Numbered from the stretch's first letter, positions 30,747 through 41,539 are shown. The stretch is 64,000 bases of DNA from an uncultured Flavobacteriaceae bacterium (GCA_949372955.1 CASIAX010000008.1:84368-148367); one strand, 5' to 3'. Notes: generated from the sequence alone by a model not told the origin. Translations and numbers: made by a program.

Positions 30747-32021
30747 TTATATGTAATTAAGCGCTTCTCTTAAATCTTCTTTTAAATCATATAGACTTTC
30801 CAATCCAACAGATAATCTAATTAAATCTTTGGACACTCCTGTTTTTATTTGATCTTCTTCGGATAGCTGTTGGTGAGTTGTGCTAGCAGGATGAATTATC
30901 AATGATTTTGTATCACCAATATTTGCTAATAGAGAAAATAATTTTGTAGAATCTACTACTTTTTTTGCTGATTCATAACCACCTATTACTCCAAAAGTAA
31001 CTAATCCACTTTGCCCATCTGGCAAGTATTTTTTTGCGTTTAAATATTGTGAATCAGATCTTAATCCTGGGTAATTAACCCATCTAACTTTTGGGTTTTT
31101 TTCTAGCCATTTAGCAAGTTCTAGTGCATTAGAGCAGTGTAGATTCATTCTTATTTTAAGAGTTTCCATCCCTTGAATAATTTGAAATGCATTAAATGGG
31201 CTAAGAGCAGCTCCATAGTCTCTAAGCCCTTCAATTCTAACTTTAGCAATGAATGCAGATTCGCCTAATACTTCACTATAAACTAATCCATGATATCCAG
31301 CAGATGGCTGAGTAAATTCAGGAAATTTACCATTTGCCCAGTCAAATTTACCTGCATCAATTATTACACCACCTAAAGCTGTTCCATTTCCATTAATGTA
31401 TTTTGTAAGAGAATGAATAATAATATTAGCACCATATTTAATAGGATTTAATAGTGCCGGAGTAGCAACAGTATTATCGACTATAAGAGGAATTTTTAAT
31501 TCTTTTATTTTTTTTGAAATTTCTTCAATATCAAGAACATCTAATTTTGGATTTCCAAGAGACTCAATAAAACAAACTTTTGTGTTTTCTTTAGCAGCTT
31601 CAATAAAATTATTGGGGTCAGATGGATCAACAAAAGTTGTTGTAATACCATGCCTAGGTAGAGTAACACTTAACAAATTATAAGTGCCGCCATACAAGCT
31701 GTTTGATGCTATTATATGATCTCCAGTTCTTAATAATGTTAAAAGGGTAGTTGCTATTGCTGATGCTCCAGATGCTGTAACAACAGCAGCTATACCTCCT
31801 TCTATTGATGCTAACCTTTGCTCTAAAATATCATTTGTTGGATTATTTATTCTTGTATAGATATTTCCAGATTCAGCCAAGGAGAAAAGATTAGCCGCAT
31901 GATCAGAATCATTAAAGACATATGCCGTAGATTGATAAATAGGAACAGCTCTAGTTCCAGAATTACTTTTCACATCATGACCATGATGTAATAACTTTGT
32001 TGCAAATTTGTGATTACTCAT
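30747..32021 (-). CDS. metY: O-acetylhomoserine sulfhydrylase (aminocarboxypropyltransferase)
   Basis: 424 aa with TRAVPIYQSTAY, YTRINNPT, and the PLP lysine context HSLTKYINGNG. Confidence 0.9.
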   Translation of the reverse strand: MSNHKFATKLLHHGHDVKSNSGTRAVPIYQSTAYVFNDSDHAANLFSLAESGNIYTRINNPTNDILEQRLASIEGGIAAVVTASGASAIATTLLTLLRTGDHIIASNSLYGGTYNLLSVTLPRHGITTTFVDPSDPNNFIEAAKENTKVCFIESLGNPKLDVLDIEEISKKIKELKIPLIVDNTVATPALLNPIKYGANIIIHSLTKYINGNGTALGGVIIDAGKFDWANGKFPEFTQPSAGYHGLVYSEVLGESAFIAKVRIEGLRDYGAALSPFNAFQIIQGMETLKIRMNLHCSNALELAKWLEKNPKVRWVNYPGLRSDSQYLNAKKYLPDGQSGLVTFGVIGGYESAKKVVDSTKLFSLLANIGDTKSLIIHPASTTHQQLSEEDQIKTGVSKDLIRLSVGLESLYDLKEDLREALNYI

Positions 32022-32095
32022 TTTTTGTTTTTTTGTATTAATTAATTAGCACAAAAGACAGCATTAAAAAAATGCATAAATAGTAATATGTTATA

Positions 32096-32127
32096 AGAGA
32101 AAAACATGAAATTATTTAATTTCATAT
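32096..32127 (-). terminator. Possible expression-platform hairpin of the SAM riboswitch
   Basis: Minus strand: AUGAAAUUA-AA-UAAUUUCAU followed by GUUUUCUC. The stem is AT-only and the U-run short, so this is weak. Confidence 0.3.
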
Positions 32128-32130
32128 TAG

Positions 32131-32226
32131 TTATCTATCCATAATTGGTAGAATTTAGCACCTTCTTTAATTGTTAAAGGGTTGCTAAGGCATCACAGGG
32201 TCTATCCCTCCGCCTTTCTTGATAAC
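32131..32226 (-). promoter_or_regulatory. SAM-I (S-box) riboswitch in the metY-metX leader
   Basis: Minus strand: GUUAUCAAGAAAGGCGGAGGGAUAGACCCUGUGAUGCCUUAGCAACCCUUUAACAAUUAAAGAAGGUGCUAAAUUCUACCAAUUAUGGAUAGAUAA. It contains the conserved UUAUCAAGA.AGG.GGAGGGA, CCC..UGA..CC..GCAACC, GGUGCUAA.U.C, and the closing GAUAA that pairs with UUAUC (P1). Confidence 0.85.
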
Positions 32227-32408
32227 ACGTCAATATGTTTATTGAACTTTTGAATTACTAATATATATATAATTAAATATCAGTGAACTTTATTTTGTTG
32301 GTTTTTTTTAAGTTTTATCATTTTTACATAAATAGCTTATTTAAATTGTGTTAAATTGATTTTCAATACAGTAAAAATACTATTTATGGAAAAATATAAA
32401 TTTTCGAA

Positions 32409-33173
32409 TTAATTTTTGTATTTTTTTATAAATGAGCGAATGCCATTAATTCCATAAGAATTTATGTGATTAATAAATGCACTTCCAATTATAGCCCCTT
32501 CTGAAAATTGAATAGCTTCATTAAAAGATTTGGAGTCAGAAATGCCAAAGCCTATAATCTTTGGAGACTTTAAATGCATATTTTGAATTCTTTCAAAATA
32601 ATCAGTCTGCTCACTATCAAATCCATTATTACTACCTGTTACACCTGAGCTACTTACCATATAAATAAACCCAGTTGAAATATTGTCAATTAATTTAATT
32701 CTGTCTTTGTTAGTTTGAGGAGTAATTAAGAAAATATTTAATAAATTGTTTTCTTTAAATATACTTTCATACGATTTTAAATATTCTTCTATTGGTAAAT
32801 CTGGTATTATTAATCCATCGACCCCAACCTCTTTGCACTTTTTACAAAAATCATCAACTCCATATTGTAATATTGGATTAAAGTACCCCATTATTATTAG
32901 TGGAATTTTTACTGTTTTTCTAATATCTTTTAGTTGATTAAATAATAGATCTGAATTCATTCCATTATTTAATGCTACAGTTGAACTAGTTTGAATAGTT
33001 AGTCCGTCTGCTAATGGATCACTAAATGGAAGTCCGATTTCCACCATACTAACCCCGCTTGCTTCTAAATTTTTAATTATTTTGCAGGTGTCCTCTAATT
33101 TTGGATGTCCAGCAGTAAAATAGATAGATAGTATATTATTGTTATTATCTAATTCTTTGATTATTCTATTCAT
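32409..33173 (-). CDS. trpA: Tryptophan synthase alpha chain
   Basis: 254 aa with VEIGLPFSDPLADG and GFGIS. Confidence 0.9.
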   Translation of the reverse strand: MNRIIKELDNNNNILSIYFTAGHPKLEDTCKIIKNLEASGVSMVEIGLPFSDPLADGLTIQTSSTVALNNGMNSDLLFNQLKDIRKTVKIPLIIMGYFNPILQYGVDDFCKKCKEVGVDGLIIPDLPIEEYLKSYESIFKENNLLNIFLITPQTNKDRIKLIDNISTGFIYMVSSSGVTGSNNGFDSEQTDYFERIQNMHLKSPKIIGFGISDSKSFNEAIQFSEGAIIGSAFINHINSYGINGIRSFIKKYKN

Positions 33174-33175
33174 AA

Positions 33176-34357
33176 TTAAAGTTTAAAATAATTTATGTAA
33201 GTGTCTAAATCTTTGTCTCCTCTACCTGATAAATTGATTACCACTATATCTTCTTTTTTAAATTTTTTATTTTCTAACACTGCAAAAGCATGAGCAGTTT
33301 CAATTGCTGGAATTATTCCCTCTAGCCTTGAGAGTTCAATTCCGGCCTTCATTGCTTGACTGTCAGTTATTGAAATAAATTCTGCTCTTTTAGTTTTATA
33401 TAAATTAGCATGCATTGGTCCAATTCCTGGATAATCTAATCCTGCTGAAATTGAATATGGCTCAGTTATTTGCCCGTCTTTAGTTTGCATAAGTAATGTT
33501 TTACTTCCGTGAATTACACCAGTATTTCCTAAAATTGAAGTGGCTGCACTTTTCCCAGAATCTATACCCATTCCTGATGCCTCTACCGCAATTAACTTTA
33601 CGTTTTTATCATCTAAGTAATGATAAAATGCTCCTGCAGCATTACTTCCTCCGCCTACACATGCAATTATATAATCAGGAGATGAACTTCCTTCCATGGA
33701 TTCTAATTGCCATTTAATTTCTTCTGAAATAATTGCTTGAAATCTAGCGACCATATCTGGATACGGATGTGGACCAACTACACTTCCTATTATATAGTGT
33801 GTGTTTTCAGGGTTGTTAATCCAATCTCTTATAGCTTCATTTGTAGCATCTTTAAGTGTCTTACTTCCAGATTTTGCTGGAATTACTTTTGCACCTAACA
33901 TTTTCATTCTAGCGACATTTGGAGCTTGACGTTCAATATCTAGTTCCCCCATATAAATAACACATTCAATCCCCATCAAAGCACATACTGTAGCGGTCGC
34001 CACTCCATGCTGCCCAGCACCTGTTTCAGCAATTATTCTTGTTTTATTTAATTTTTTTGCAACTAATATTTGCCCAATAGTATTATTTATTTTATGTGCT
34101 CCAGTATGGCATAAGTCTTCTCGTTTTAGATATATTTTAGTATTATACCTTTTGGACAGCTGTTTGGCAAAGTACAAAGGAGTTGGTCTACCTACATAAT
34201 TTATTAGTAATTGATTAAATTCTTTTTTAAAATCTGGGTCATTCATGAATTTTACATAATTCAATTTTAATTCTTCAATATTTGGATATAGCATCTCTGG
34301 AATAAATGCCCCTCCAAATTCTCCGTAGTATCCATTTTTATTTATGTTATAACTCAT
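33176..34357 (-). CDS. trpB: Tryptophan synthase beta chain
   Basis: 393 aa with the PLP lysine context [15 protein letters not shown] and GGGSNA. Confidence 0.95.
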   Translation of the reverse strand: MSYNINKNGYYGEFGGAFIPEMLYPNIEELKLNYVKFMNDPDFKKEFNQLLINYVGRPTPLYFAKQLSKRYNTKIYLKREDLCHTGAHKINNTIGQILVAKKLNKTRIIAETGAGQHGVATATVCALMGIECVIYMGELDIERQAPNVARMKMLGAKVIPAKSGSKTLKDATNEAIRDWINNPENTHYIIGSVVGPHPYPDMVARFQAIISEEIKWQLESMEGSSSPDYIIACVGGGSNAAGAFYHYLDDKNVKLIAVEASGMGIDSGKSAATSILGNTGVIHGSKTLLMQTKDGQITEPYSISAGLDYPGIGPMHANLYKTKRAEFISITDSQAMKAGIELSRLEGIIPAIETAHAFAVLENKKFKKEDIVVINLSGRGDKDLDTYINYFKL

Positions 34358-34971
34358 TTTAAATTGCTTATTAAGTTCTTTATTTTTTTTACATTTTTAA
34401 TACCTGGCTCTATTTCATACATGCTATTTACATCAATAGCAAAACAAAATTTACCTGCCTTTGTTTTACGGAATTCAATAATATCGTTTACATCTCCTAT
34501 TCCTATTCCCCCACTTAAAAAATATGGTTTAATTAATCGGTAATTTTTTAAAATCTGCCAATTAAATTTATAACCATTCCCCCCTGGATAGCTCCCTTTT
34601 GTATCAAATAAATAGTAATCGCAGGATGTGTCAAATTCTTTAAGACATTCAAAATCGAAATTTTCATCTATACTGAATGCTTTTATAATTTTAAAATTAT
34701 TCTTTTTTAGATCTGCACAAAATTTGACATCTTCATTTCCATGTAATTGAACAGTGTTTATGTCATATTTACAAAGTATATCTTTAACTTTTTCTATAGT
34801 TTCATTTACAAATACAGCTATCTTTTCAATTTTATTTGATATAATTGGAATATCACCAGTGACGAACCTTTTTGACTTATTATAAAAAATAAATCCCATG
34901 TAATCTGGATTTAATTCTGAAACATCAATGATGTTATTATTTTCTCTCATTCCACAAACTTTAAGCTTCAT
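34354..34971 (-). CDS. trpF: Phosphoribosylanthranilate isomerase
   Basis: 205 aa, [22 protein letters not shown] overlap with trpB. Confidence 0.85.
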   Translation of the reverse strand: MKLKVCGMRENNNIIDVSELNPDYMGFIFYNKSKRFVTGDIPIISNKIEKIAVFVNETIEKVKDILCKYDINTVQLHGNEDVKFCADLKKNNFKIIKAFSIDENFDFECLKEFDTSCDYYLFDTKGSYPGGNGYKFNWQILKNYRLIKPYFLSGGIGIGDVNDIIEFRKTKAGKFCFAIDVNSMYEIEPGIKNVKKIKNLISNLK

Positions 34972-34972
34972 T

Positions 34973-35758
34973 TTAAATTTTTAATGAGTTAATAAAATTA
35001 TTTGCCATTTTTCCAGGATTCTCATTTTTCATAAAATTCTCTCCTATAAGAAAGCCATCATAACCAATGTCTTTAAGTTCCTTTATTGAACTTATTTTAG
35101 ATATTCCACTTTCTGATATTTTCATATAATCATTAGAGATGTGAGGGAGTAATTTTTTACTTATACCCATGCTTGTTTTAAATGTTTTAAGGTCTCTATT
35201 ATTAACACCAATAATATCAACACTATCATTGGAATATAAATTTATCTCGTCGATATTATGAACTTCTAATAAAACCTCAAGTCTTAATTCTTTAGCTTTT
35301 TTTGCCAAGTACTTTAATTTATCTACGCTGAGAATAGCAGCAATTAGTAATACTACATCTGCGCCATATGCCTTAGCTTCGTATATCTGGTATTCATCAA
35401 TTATAAAATCTTTTCTTAGTATTGGTAGATTGCAGCTTGATTTGGCTAATAATAAATCTTCTAACGAACCTCCAAAATATTTTTGATCTGTAAGTGTTGA
35501 CATTCCAGATGCACCCGCATTCATATACCCCATTGCTACATCTTGAACATTTGAATTTTGATTGATAATTGATTTCGAAGGAGATCTTCTTTTAAATTCT
35601 GCTATGATTCCAAAATCACTATTGTTTATATTATCTTTTAAGGATGTAGTTTGTAAATTAAATAACTTAAATCTCTCAAGGTCCTTAATCGAAATAAACT
35701 TTTTCTTTAGAAAAATTTCATTTTTTTTATCGATAACTATTTTTTCTAAGATGTTCAT
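34973..35758 (-). CDS. trpC: Indole-3-glycerol phosphate synthase
   Basis: 261 aa with IAEFKRRSPSKS, LRKDFIID and GVNNRDL. Confidence 0.9.
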   Translation of the reverse strand: MNILEKIVIDKKNEIFLKKKFISIKDLERFKLFNLQTTSLKDNINNSDFGIIAEFKRRSPSKSIINQNSNVQDVAMGYMNAGASGMSTLTDQKYFGGSLEDLLLAKSSCNLPILRKDFIIDEYQIYEAKAYGADVVLLIAAILSVDKLKYLAKKAKELRLEVLLEVHNIDEINLYSNDSVDIIGVNNRDLKTFKTSMGISKKLLPHISNDYMKISESGISKISSIKELKDIGYDGFLIGENFMKNENPGKMANNFINSLKI

Positions 35759-36750
35759 TTTTTGCTTATTTTTTGAAGAGATTTTAGAGATTTTAATGCT
35801 CTTTTAGAATTTAAAGACTCTTGTGCTAATTCAAATCCTTGCTGGATACTAACTCCTTTATAAGTTGAAATTGCAATTCCTGCATTAGCACATACTACGT
35901 TATTTTGAGCTTCAGATCCATTTCCGTTAATTATATCCATAAAAATTTTTGATGAAGATTCAATTGAATTACCTCCAGAAATTTGATGTTTTTTAATCTG
36001 TGGTACTTTTAAGTAATTAGCATCAATAATTATTTCTGAACTATTAGTACATATTTTAGTTTTACCTGTTAACGAAACCTCATCATACCCGTCAAGAGAA
36101 TGTATAATACTGTATTTTTTATCTGTTTTTTGATATAAGTAAGAATAAAGCCTTAATAATTCTAAGTTAAATACACCTACCATTTGATTCTTTGGTAAAG
36201 AGGGGTTTACCATTGGTCCTAGAATATTAAAAAAAGTTTTAACTCCCATTTTTTTTCTAATAGGAGCTACATTTTTCATTGCAGGATGAAATAGTGGAGC
36301 ATGCAAAATACATATTCCAGCCTTATCAATACATTCAATTAAAAAGTCCTGATCATTAGAAAACTTAACTCCTAAGAAGTCTAAAATATTGGAAGACCCA
36401 CAAGCTGATGATACTCCATAATTTCCATGTTTTGCAACTTTAACATCTATACCAGCACATATAAATGAAGATAAGGTTGAAATGTTAAATGTATCTTTTC
36501 CATCTCCTCCGGTGCCACATAAGTCTATTGTATTAAAATCAGATAAATCAATTGGTAGACATAACTCAAGTAAGGCTTCTTTAAAACCTATTAGTTCTTC
36601 TATTGTAATACTTCTCATCAAATAAACAGTTAAAAATGCAGCAATTTCATTTGAGTTATAATCTCCTTTAGAAATTTTAACTAAAACAACTTTAGCCTCA
36701 TTTTTAGATAAATTTTCATGATTTGTTAATCTATTTAATATGTTTTTCAT
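35755..36750 (-). CDS. trpD: Anthranilate phosphoribosyltransferase
   Basis: 331 aa with DLCGTGGDGKDTFNIST and KHGN. Confidence 0.9.
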   Translation of the reverse strand: MKNILNRLTNHENLSKNEAKVVLVKISKGDYNSNEIAAFLTVYLMRSITIEELIGFKEALLELCLPIDLSDFNTIDLCGTGGDGKDTFNISTLSSFICAGIDVKVAKHGNYGVSSACGSSNILDFLGVKFSNDQDFLIECIDKAGICILHAPLFHPAMKNVAPIRKKMGVKTFFNILGPMVNPSLPKNQMVGVFNLELLRLYSYLYQKTDKKYSIIHSLDGYDEVSLTGKTKICTNSSEIIIDANYLKVPQIKKHQISGGNSIESSSKIFMDIINGNGSEAQNNVVCANAGIAISTYKGVSIQQGFELAQESLNSKRALKSLKSLQKISKK

Positions 36751-36752
36751 TA

Positions 36753-37319
36753 TTAAGAATTTAACCAGTTATTTAATATTTGTTTTCCGTCTGGCGTAAG
36801 AAGGGATTCAGGATGAAATTGAACTCCTTTTACATCATAATTTTTGTGTCTAAGAGACATTATATTACCATTATTATCAATTGCAGTCACCTCTAATAAA
36901 TCAGGAATATTTTTGTCTACCACCCAAGAATGATACCTCCCAGTTAGAAATTTTTTACTTAAGCCTTTGAATATAGGTTCGTCATCTACTATAATAATTG
37001 TTTCCATATCAACACCATGATATACTTCTTTTAAATTAATTAAGGTTCCATCAAACACCTCTGCAATTGCTTGATGACCCAGGCACACTCCTAGTATACT
37101 TTTTGAGGCTGCATATTTTTTTATAATTTTTTTTAGATCACCAGCTTCATTAGGAATACCTGGTCCAGGGGAGAGCAATATTCTGTCAAATCTTAAAGGA
37201 AGAGAAATATCCATTTTATCATTTCTAACCACGGTTACTTCGCAATCTAATTCCTTTAAGTAGAGTGCTAAATTATAAGTAAAGCTATCGTAGTTATCTA
37301 TTAGTAATATTTTTTGCAT
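36753..37319 (-). CDS. trpG: Anthranilate synthase component II (glutamine amidotransferase)
   Basis: 188 aa with LSPGPG, the catalytic GVCLGHQ, and FHPES. Confidence 0.9.
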   Translation of the reverse strand: MQKILLIDNYDSFTYNLALYLKELDCEVTVVRNDKMDISLPLRFDRILLSPGPGIPNEAGDLKKIIKKYAASKSILGVCLGHQAIAEVFDGTLINLKEVYHGVDMETIIIVDDEPIFKGLSKKFLTGRYHSWVVDKNIPDLLEVTAIDNNGNIMSLRHKNYDVKGVQFHPESLLTPDGKQILNNWLNS

Positions 37320-37322
37320 ATT

Positions 37323-38723
37323 TTATATTTCTTGGGCAATCTTTATGGCTTTAGTTAATGCACCTAGTTTATTATATACTTCTTGTAACTCATTATTAGA
37401 ATTAGATTTTGAAATTATTCCAGCTCCAGCCTGCCAGTTTAGTTGATGGTTTTTACTTAAAAAAGTTCTTATCATAATTGCATGATTGAAGTTTCCGCTA
37501 AAATCCATAAATCCAATTGCTCCCCCATAAAAACTTCTATTAGTCAATTCATATTTCTCGATTAATTGCATTGCTTTGTATTTTGGTGCTCCGCTAAGTG
37601 TCCCGGCTGGAAAAGTGTCTGCAACAACTCTCATGGTTGAGATGTTCTTAGATTTTTTGGCTATAACTTTGCTTACTAAATGAATTACATGTGAAAAGAA
37701 TTGTATTTCTCGATATTTATCTACTCTAACTTCTGTGCCATTTCTAGCCAAATCATTTCTAGCTAAATCAACCAACATTACATGCTCACTATTTTCTTTT
37801 GAATCTTCTGATAATTTATTTGCTGATTCAGCATCTTTTAGGTCATCTCCAGTTCTTTTAAATGTTCCTGCAATTGGATGAATTTCGGCACTTCCGTGAT
37901 TGACAATTAATTGCGCCTCAGGTGAACTGCCAAATATTTTATAATCTCCATAATCAAAATAGAAAAGGTAAGGCGACGGGTTTATGCTTCTTAGTGCTCT
38001 ATAGACATTAAATTCATCACCAATAAAGCTTTGGGTAAACTTCTTTGATAAAACCAATTGAAACACATCTCCTCTTTTACAATGTGCTTTAGCTATATCA
38101 ACGTGTTTTAAAAAATCATTATCGGATAAATTTGAACTAATTTCACCCTCAGTCACAAAGTTATAGTTAGGGTAATTCTTTGCGCTGATTAATTGTAATA
38201 TTTCTTCAATATTATTGTTTTTATTATAACAATTCGCAAAGACATGTGCCTCATTTTGAAAATGATTTATTGCAATAATATTTTGATAAACGGCATAATA
38301 TATATCTGGAATGTTAGGGTTATTTTCTTTTTTTGAAATTTCTATATCTTCGAAATATCTAACAGCATCATAGTTAATGTATCCAAAAAGTCCATTATTA
38401 ATAAATTTAAATTTTTTTACATCTACTGCAAATAATTGTGTGAAATCGTGTATTATATTTGGGATGCTAGATGATTTATTTAACGCAACTGTTTTACTTG
38501 AATCGTCTGGATAGGTATACTCAATTTGTTCATTATGTATCTTTATTGATGATATTGGATTACAGCATATGTACGAAAAACTATTATCAACTGTATGGTA
38601 GTCACTACTCTCTAATAAAATACTATTTGGGTATTTATCTCTAATCTTTAAATATATACTAACTGGCGTAATTGTATCAGATAGTATTTTTTTATGGTTT
38701 GTGATTAATTTATATTTCTTCAT
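37323..38723 (-). CDS. trpE: Anthranilate synthase component I
   Basis: 466 aa with LLESS, FPAGTLSGAPK and YGGAIGF. Confidence 0.9.
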   Translation of the reverse strand: MKKYKLITNHKKILSDTITPVSIYLKIRDKYPNSILLESSDYHTVDNSFSYICCNPISSIKIHNEQIEYTYPDDSSKTVALNKSSSIPNIIHDFTQLFAVDVKKFKFINNGLFGYINYDAVRYFEDIEISKKENNPNIPDIYYAVYQNIIAINHFQNEAHVFANCYNKNNNIEEILQLISAKNYPNYNFVTEGEISSNLSDNDFLKHVDIAKAHCKRGDVFQLVLSKKFTQSFIGDEFNVYRALRSINPSPYLFYFDYGDYKIFGSSPEAQLIVNHGSAEIHPIAGTFKRTGDDLKDAESANKLSEDSKENSEHVMLVDLARNDLARNGTEVRVDKYREIQFFSHVIHLVSKVIAKKSKNISTMRVVADTFPAGTLSGAPKYKAMQLIEKYELTNRSFYGGAIGFMDFSGNFNHAIMIRTFLSKNHQLNWQAGAGIISKSNSNNELQEVYNKLGALTKAIKIAQEI

Positions 38724-38733
38724 ATTATTTAAT

Positions 38734-38765
38734 AAAAAAAGGCTTATCGTAAACGATAAGCCTTT
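38734..38765 (-). terminator. Intrinsic terminator of the trp attenuator, 10 nt upstream of the trpE ATG
   Basis: Minus strand: AAAGGCUUAUCG-UUUA-CGAUAAGCCUUU, a perfect 12-bp stem, followed by UUUUUU, then AUUAAAUAAU-AUG (trpE). Confidence 0.75.
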
Positions 38766-38788
38766 ATATTTTGGTTAATACTATAGGG

Positions 38789-38848
38789 TTAGTTTACGAA
38801 TAGTCTTTCGTTATGCCACCAGCAAGTATTTTGAATTATTTTTATCAT
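38789..38848 (-). CDS. trp operon leader peptide (19 aa) with tandem Trp codons
   Basis: Minus strand: ATG ATA AAA ATA ATT CAA AAT ACT TGC TGG TGG CAT AAC GAA AGA CTA TTC GTA AAC TAA = MIKIIQNTCWWHNERLFVN. It lies between a TAAATTTG -7-like box and the terminator. Confidence 0.7.
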   Translation of the reverse strand: MIKIIQNTCWWHNERLFVN

Positions 38849-39088
38849 AATTTATCTAAATATAACATTCCTTTAAAAAAAAACAAATTTAATTGATAAT
38901 AAGTGTCATTTGATTACTTATTATTATGGATTATTAATTTTATCATTAGTTAAGATTAGTTTTTAATAATTTTTCTATCACATAATTATTAATTATGTAA
39001 ATCTCAACTATAATTCAAATTTCATCTATTTTTTTGTTTAAGCTTGTTTGTATATCATATATATTTAGTGACAATTAAAATATGAGTA

Positions 39089-41539
39089 ATGAAGATTTTC
39101 AAATTTGGTGGCACTTCAGTTGGTTCAGCACATAATATTAAAATAATTAGAGACATTGTATCTAATAATATCATTAACGGAAGGTTGGTAATAGTTGTAT
39201 CGGCTATTGGGGGGGTTACCGATAAATTATTTGAATTAGGTAATCATGCTTTTAATAAAAATAAAAATTATAAAGACTTTTATCATGAAATATGTAATTT
39301 CCATAATTCCATAATTAATGATTTGTTTAATCGCATTGATTCTAAAGCTTTAATTGATATAGTTCAATTAACTTATGTTGAAATTGAAATTGTAATTGAT
39401 GAAATATTTAAAACTAATATTTTTTCATTATCAACTCAAGATAAGATTCTTAGTTTTGGTGAGTTATTATCCTCTTTAATTATTTCTGAGTTCTTTAAAA
39501 TGTCTCAAATTGATGTATTTCATATAAATTCTCAAGAACTAATTGTAACTGACAGTAACTTCACTAATGCACAAGTTGATTCTATCAAAACATTTAAAAA
39601 TATTCAAAAGCTATTCAATATACATAGTAACAGAGTTTTCGTTTTACCTGGCTTTGTTGCTAAATCTACACATAATGAAATAACAACTTTGGGTCGAGGA
39701 GGGTCTGATTATACGGCTTCAATTTTGGCAGCAGCATTAAATGCAGAAGAACTTCAAATCTGGACTGATGTTAGCGGAATGTACACAAGTAATCCAAAAA
39801 TTGTAAGTCAAGCAAGACCAATTAATTACATGTCATATGAAGAAGCTTTAGAGTTTTCACATTTTGGAGCTAAAGTTATTTACCCACCAACTATTCAACC
39901 TGTTTTAAGCTCTAATATTCCAATTTTAATTAAAAATACATTACATCCTAATGATTTAGGTACATCCATCTCAAATAAAAAAACTATAAATGATGTTGGA
40001 GTTAAAGGAATTAGTAATATTGACAATATAGCTCTACTTACACTTCAAGGTAATGGAATGGTTGGTGTTCCTGGATTTTCTAAAAGATTATTTGGAACAT
40101 TAAGTCAAGAAAAAATTAATATCATTTTAATTACTCAAGCTTCTTCAGAACATGCTATCTGTGTTGCTATTCAGCAAAATGATGTAAAAGTTGCAGAGAA
40201 AGCTATTAATGATTGTTTTAAAAATGATATTAATACTAATAAATTAGACCCAATTATTGTTGAATTAGATTTAGCTATTATTGCTGTAATTGGTGATAAA
40301 ATGAAAAGTCAGCAAGGAGTTAGTGGTAAAATGTTTAGTATTTTAGGCAAAAACAATGTTAATATAAGAGCTATAGCTCAAGGAGCATCAGAAAGAAACA
40401 TTTCAGCTGTAATTTTAAAAAAAGATGTAAAAAAAGCACTTAACTCTTTACATGAGATTTATTTTAATGATAATGTCAAACAGTTGAATATATTTATTAC
40501 TGGAGTCGGCAATGTTGGAAAGGAATTAATAAAACAAATTCATAATCAACAAGATTATTTAAAAGAAAAATTGAATGTTAACTTAAGGTTAATAGGACTT
40601 TCTAATTCTAAAAAAATGCATTTCAATATAAATGGAATTGATTTAGATAAATGGGAGTTAAGCTTGTCAAACGGAGTTATGAGTTCATTCAACGACTTTC
40701 AGAATAAAGTACTTGATTTAAATTTAAGAAATAGCATTTTTTTGGATATTACAGCAAATAAAGATATTTGTAATTATTACAATAATTATTTAATAAAAAA
40801 TATTGCAGTCATAGCTTGTAATAAAATTGCCTGTTCGTTGAGTTTTAAATCTTATGAAGATTTAAAAAGAACATCACTCAAGTTTAAATCACCGTTTCTA
40901 TTTGAAACTAATGTTGGAGCTGGTTTACCTATTTTAAGCACATTAAATAATCTACTTTTATCAGGAGATGAAATCATTTCAATTGAGGCTGTATTGTCTG
41001 GAAGCTTAAATTTTATTTTCAATAATTATGACGGTACTAAATCTTTTTTAAATATCATTAAACAAGCAAAAAAAGAGGGTTATACTGAGCCAGATCCAAG
41101 AATAGATTTAAGTGGTATTGATGTCGCTAGAAAAATTTTAATTTTAGCACGAGAAAGCGGATCAAATATTAATTTGGAAGATATAATTAATGAATCTTTT
41201 ATTAAAGGTTATGATTTTAGAAATGATTCTTCTTTAGATGATTTTTATAATTTCGTCAAATTAAACGAAAAATATTTTAAAGATATGTTCAATAGCTCTT
41301 TTTCAAAAAATTGTCAACTGAAATATGTTGCAGAATATACTGATGATGGAGCTAAAATTGGTTTACGTGAAATTTCTAAAAACCATCCGTTTTATAATTT
41401 AAAAGGAAAAGATAATATTGTTCTATTTCATACAAAAAGATATCGTGATCAGCCATTAATAATTAAAGGTGCAGGTGCGGGTGCTAGCGTAACTGCTGCC
41501 GGTTTATTTGCCGATATTATTAAAGTTAATAATATTTGA
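39089..41539 (+). CDS. thrA: Bifunctional aspartokinase / homoserine dehydrogenase
   Basis: 816 aa with MKIFKFGGTSVG, the kinase core, two ACT regions, then the homoserine dehydrogenase domain (GVGNVG..EPDPRIDLSG.DVARK). Confidence 0.9.
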   Translation: MKIFKFGGTSVGSAHNIKIIRDIVSNNIINGRLVIVVSAIGGVTDKLFELGNHAFNKNKNYKDFYHEICNFHNSIINDLFNRIDSKALIDIVQLTYVEIEIVIDEIFKTNIFSLSTQDKILSFGELLSSLIISEFFKMSQIDVFHINSQELIVTDSNFTNAQVDSIKTFKNIQKLFNIHSNRVFVLPGFVAKSTHNEITTLGRGGSDYTASILAAALNAEELQIWTDVSGMYTSNPKIVSQARPINYMSYEEALEFSHFGAKVIYPPTIQPVLSSNIPILIKNTLHPNDLGTSISNKKTINDVGVKGISNIDNIALLTLQGNGMVGVPGFSKRLFGTLSQEKINIILITQASSEHAICVAIQQNDVKVAEKAINDCFKNDINTNKLDPIIVELDLAIIAVIGDKMKSQQGVSGKMFSILGKNNVNIRAIAQGASERNISAVILKKDVKKALNSLHEIYFNDNVKQLNIFITGVGNVGKELIKQIHNQQDYLKEKLNVNLRLIGLSNSKKMHFNINGIDLDKWELSLSNGVMSSFNDFQNKVLDLNLRNSIFLDITANKDICNYYNNYLIKNIAVIACNKIACSLSFKSYEDLKRTSLKFKSPFLFETNVGAGLPILSTLNNLLLSGDEIISIEAVLSGSLNFIFNNYDGTKSFLNIIKQAKKEGYTEPDPRIDLSGIDVARKILILARESGSNINLEDIINESFIKGYDFRNDSSLDDFYNFVKLNEKYFKDMFNSSFSKNCQLKYVAEYTDDGAKIGLREISKNHPFYNLKGKDNIVLFHTKRYRDQPLIIKGAGAGASVTAAGLFADIIKVNNI

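Noticed and set aside
39082-39135. 17-aa ORF MSNEDFQIWWHFSWFST with WW codons overlapping the thrA start, considered as a second leader peptide
   Set aside because: It is simply the +2 frame of thrA codons KIFKFGGTSVGS (TTT GGT GGC read as TGG TGG). It lies inside the gene rather than upstream of a terminator.
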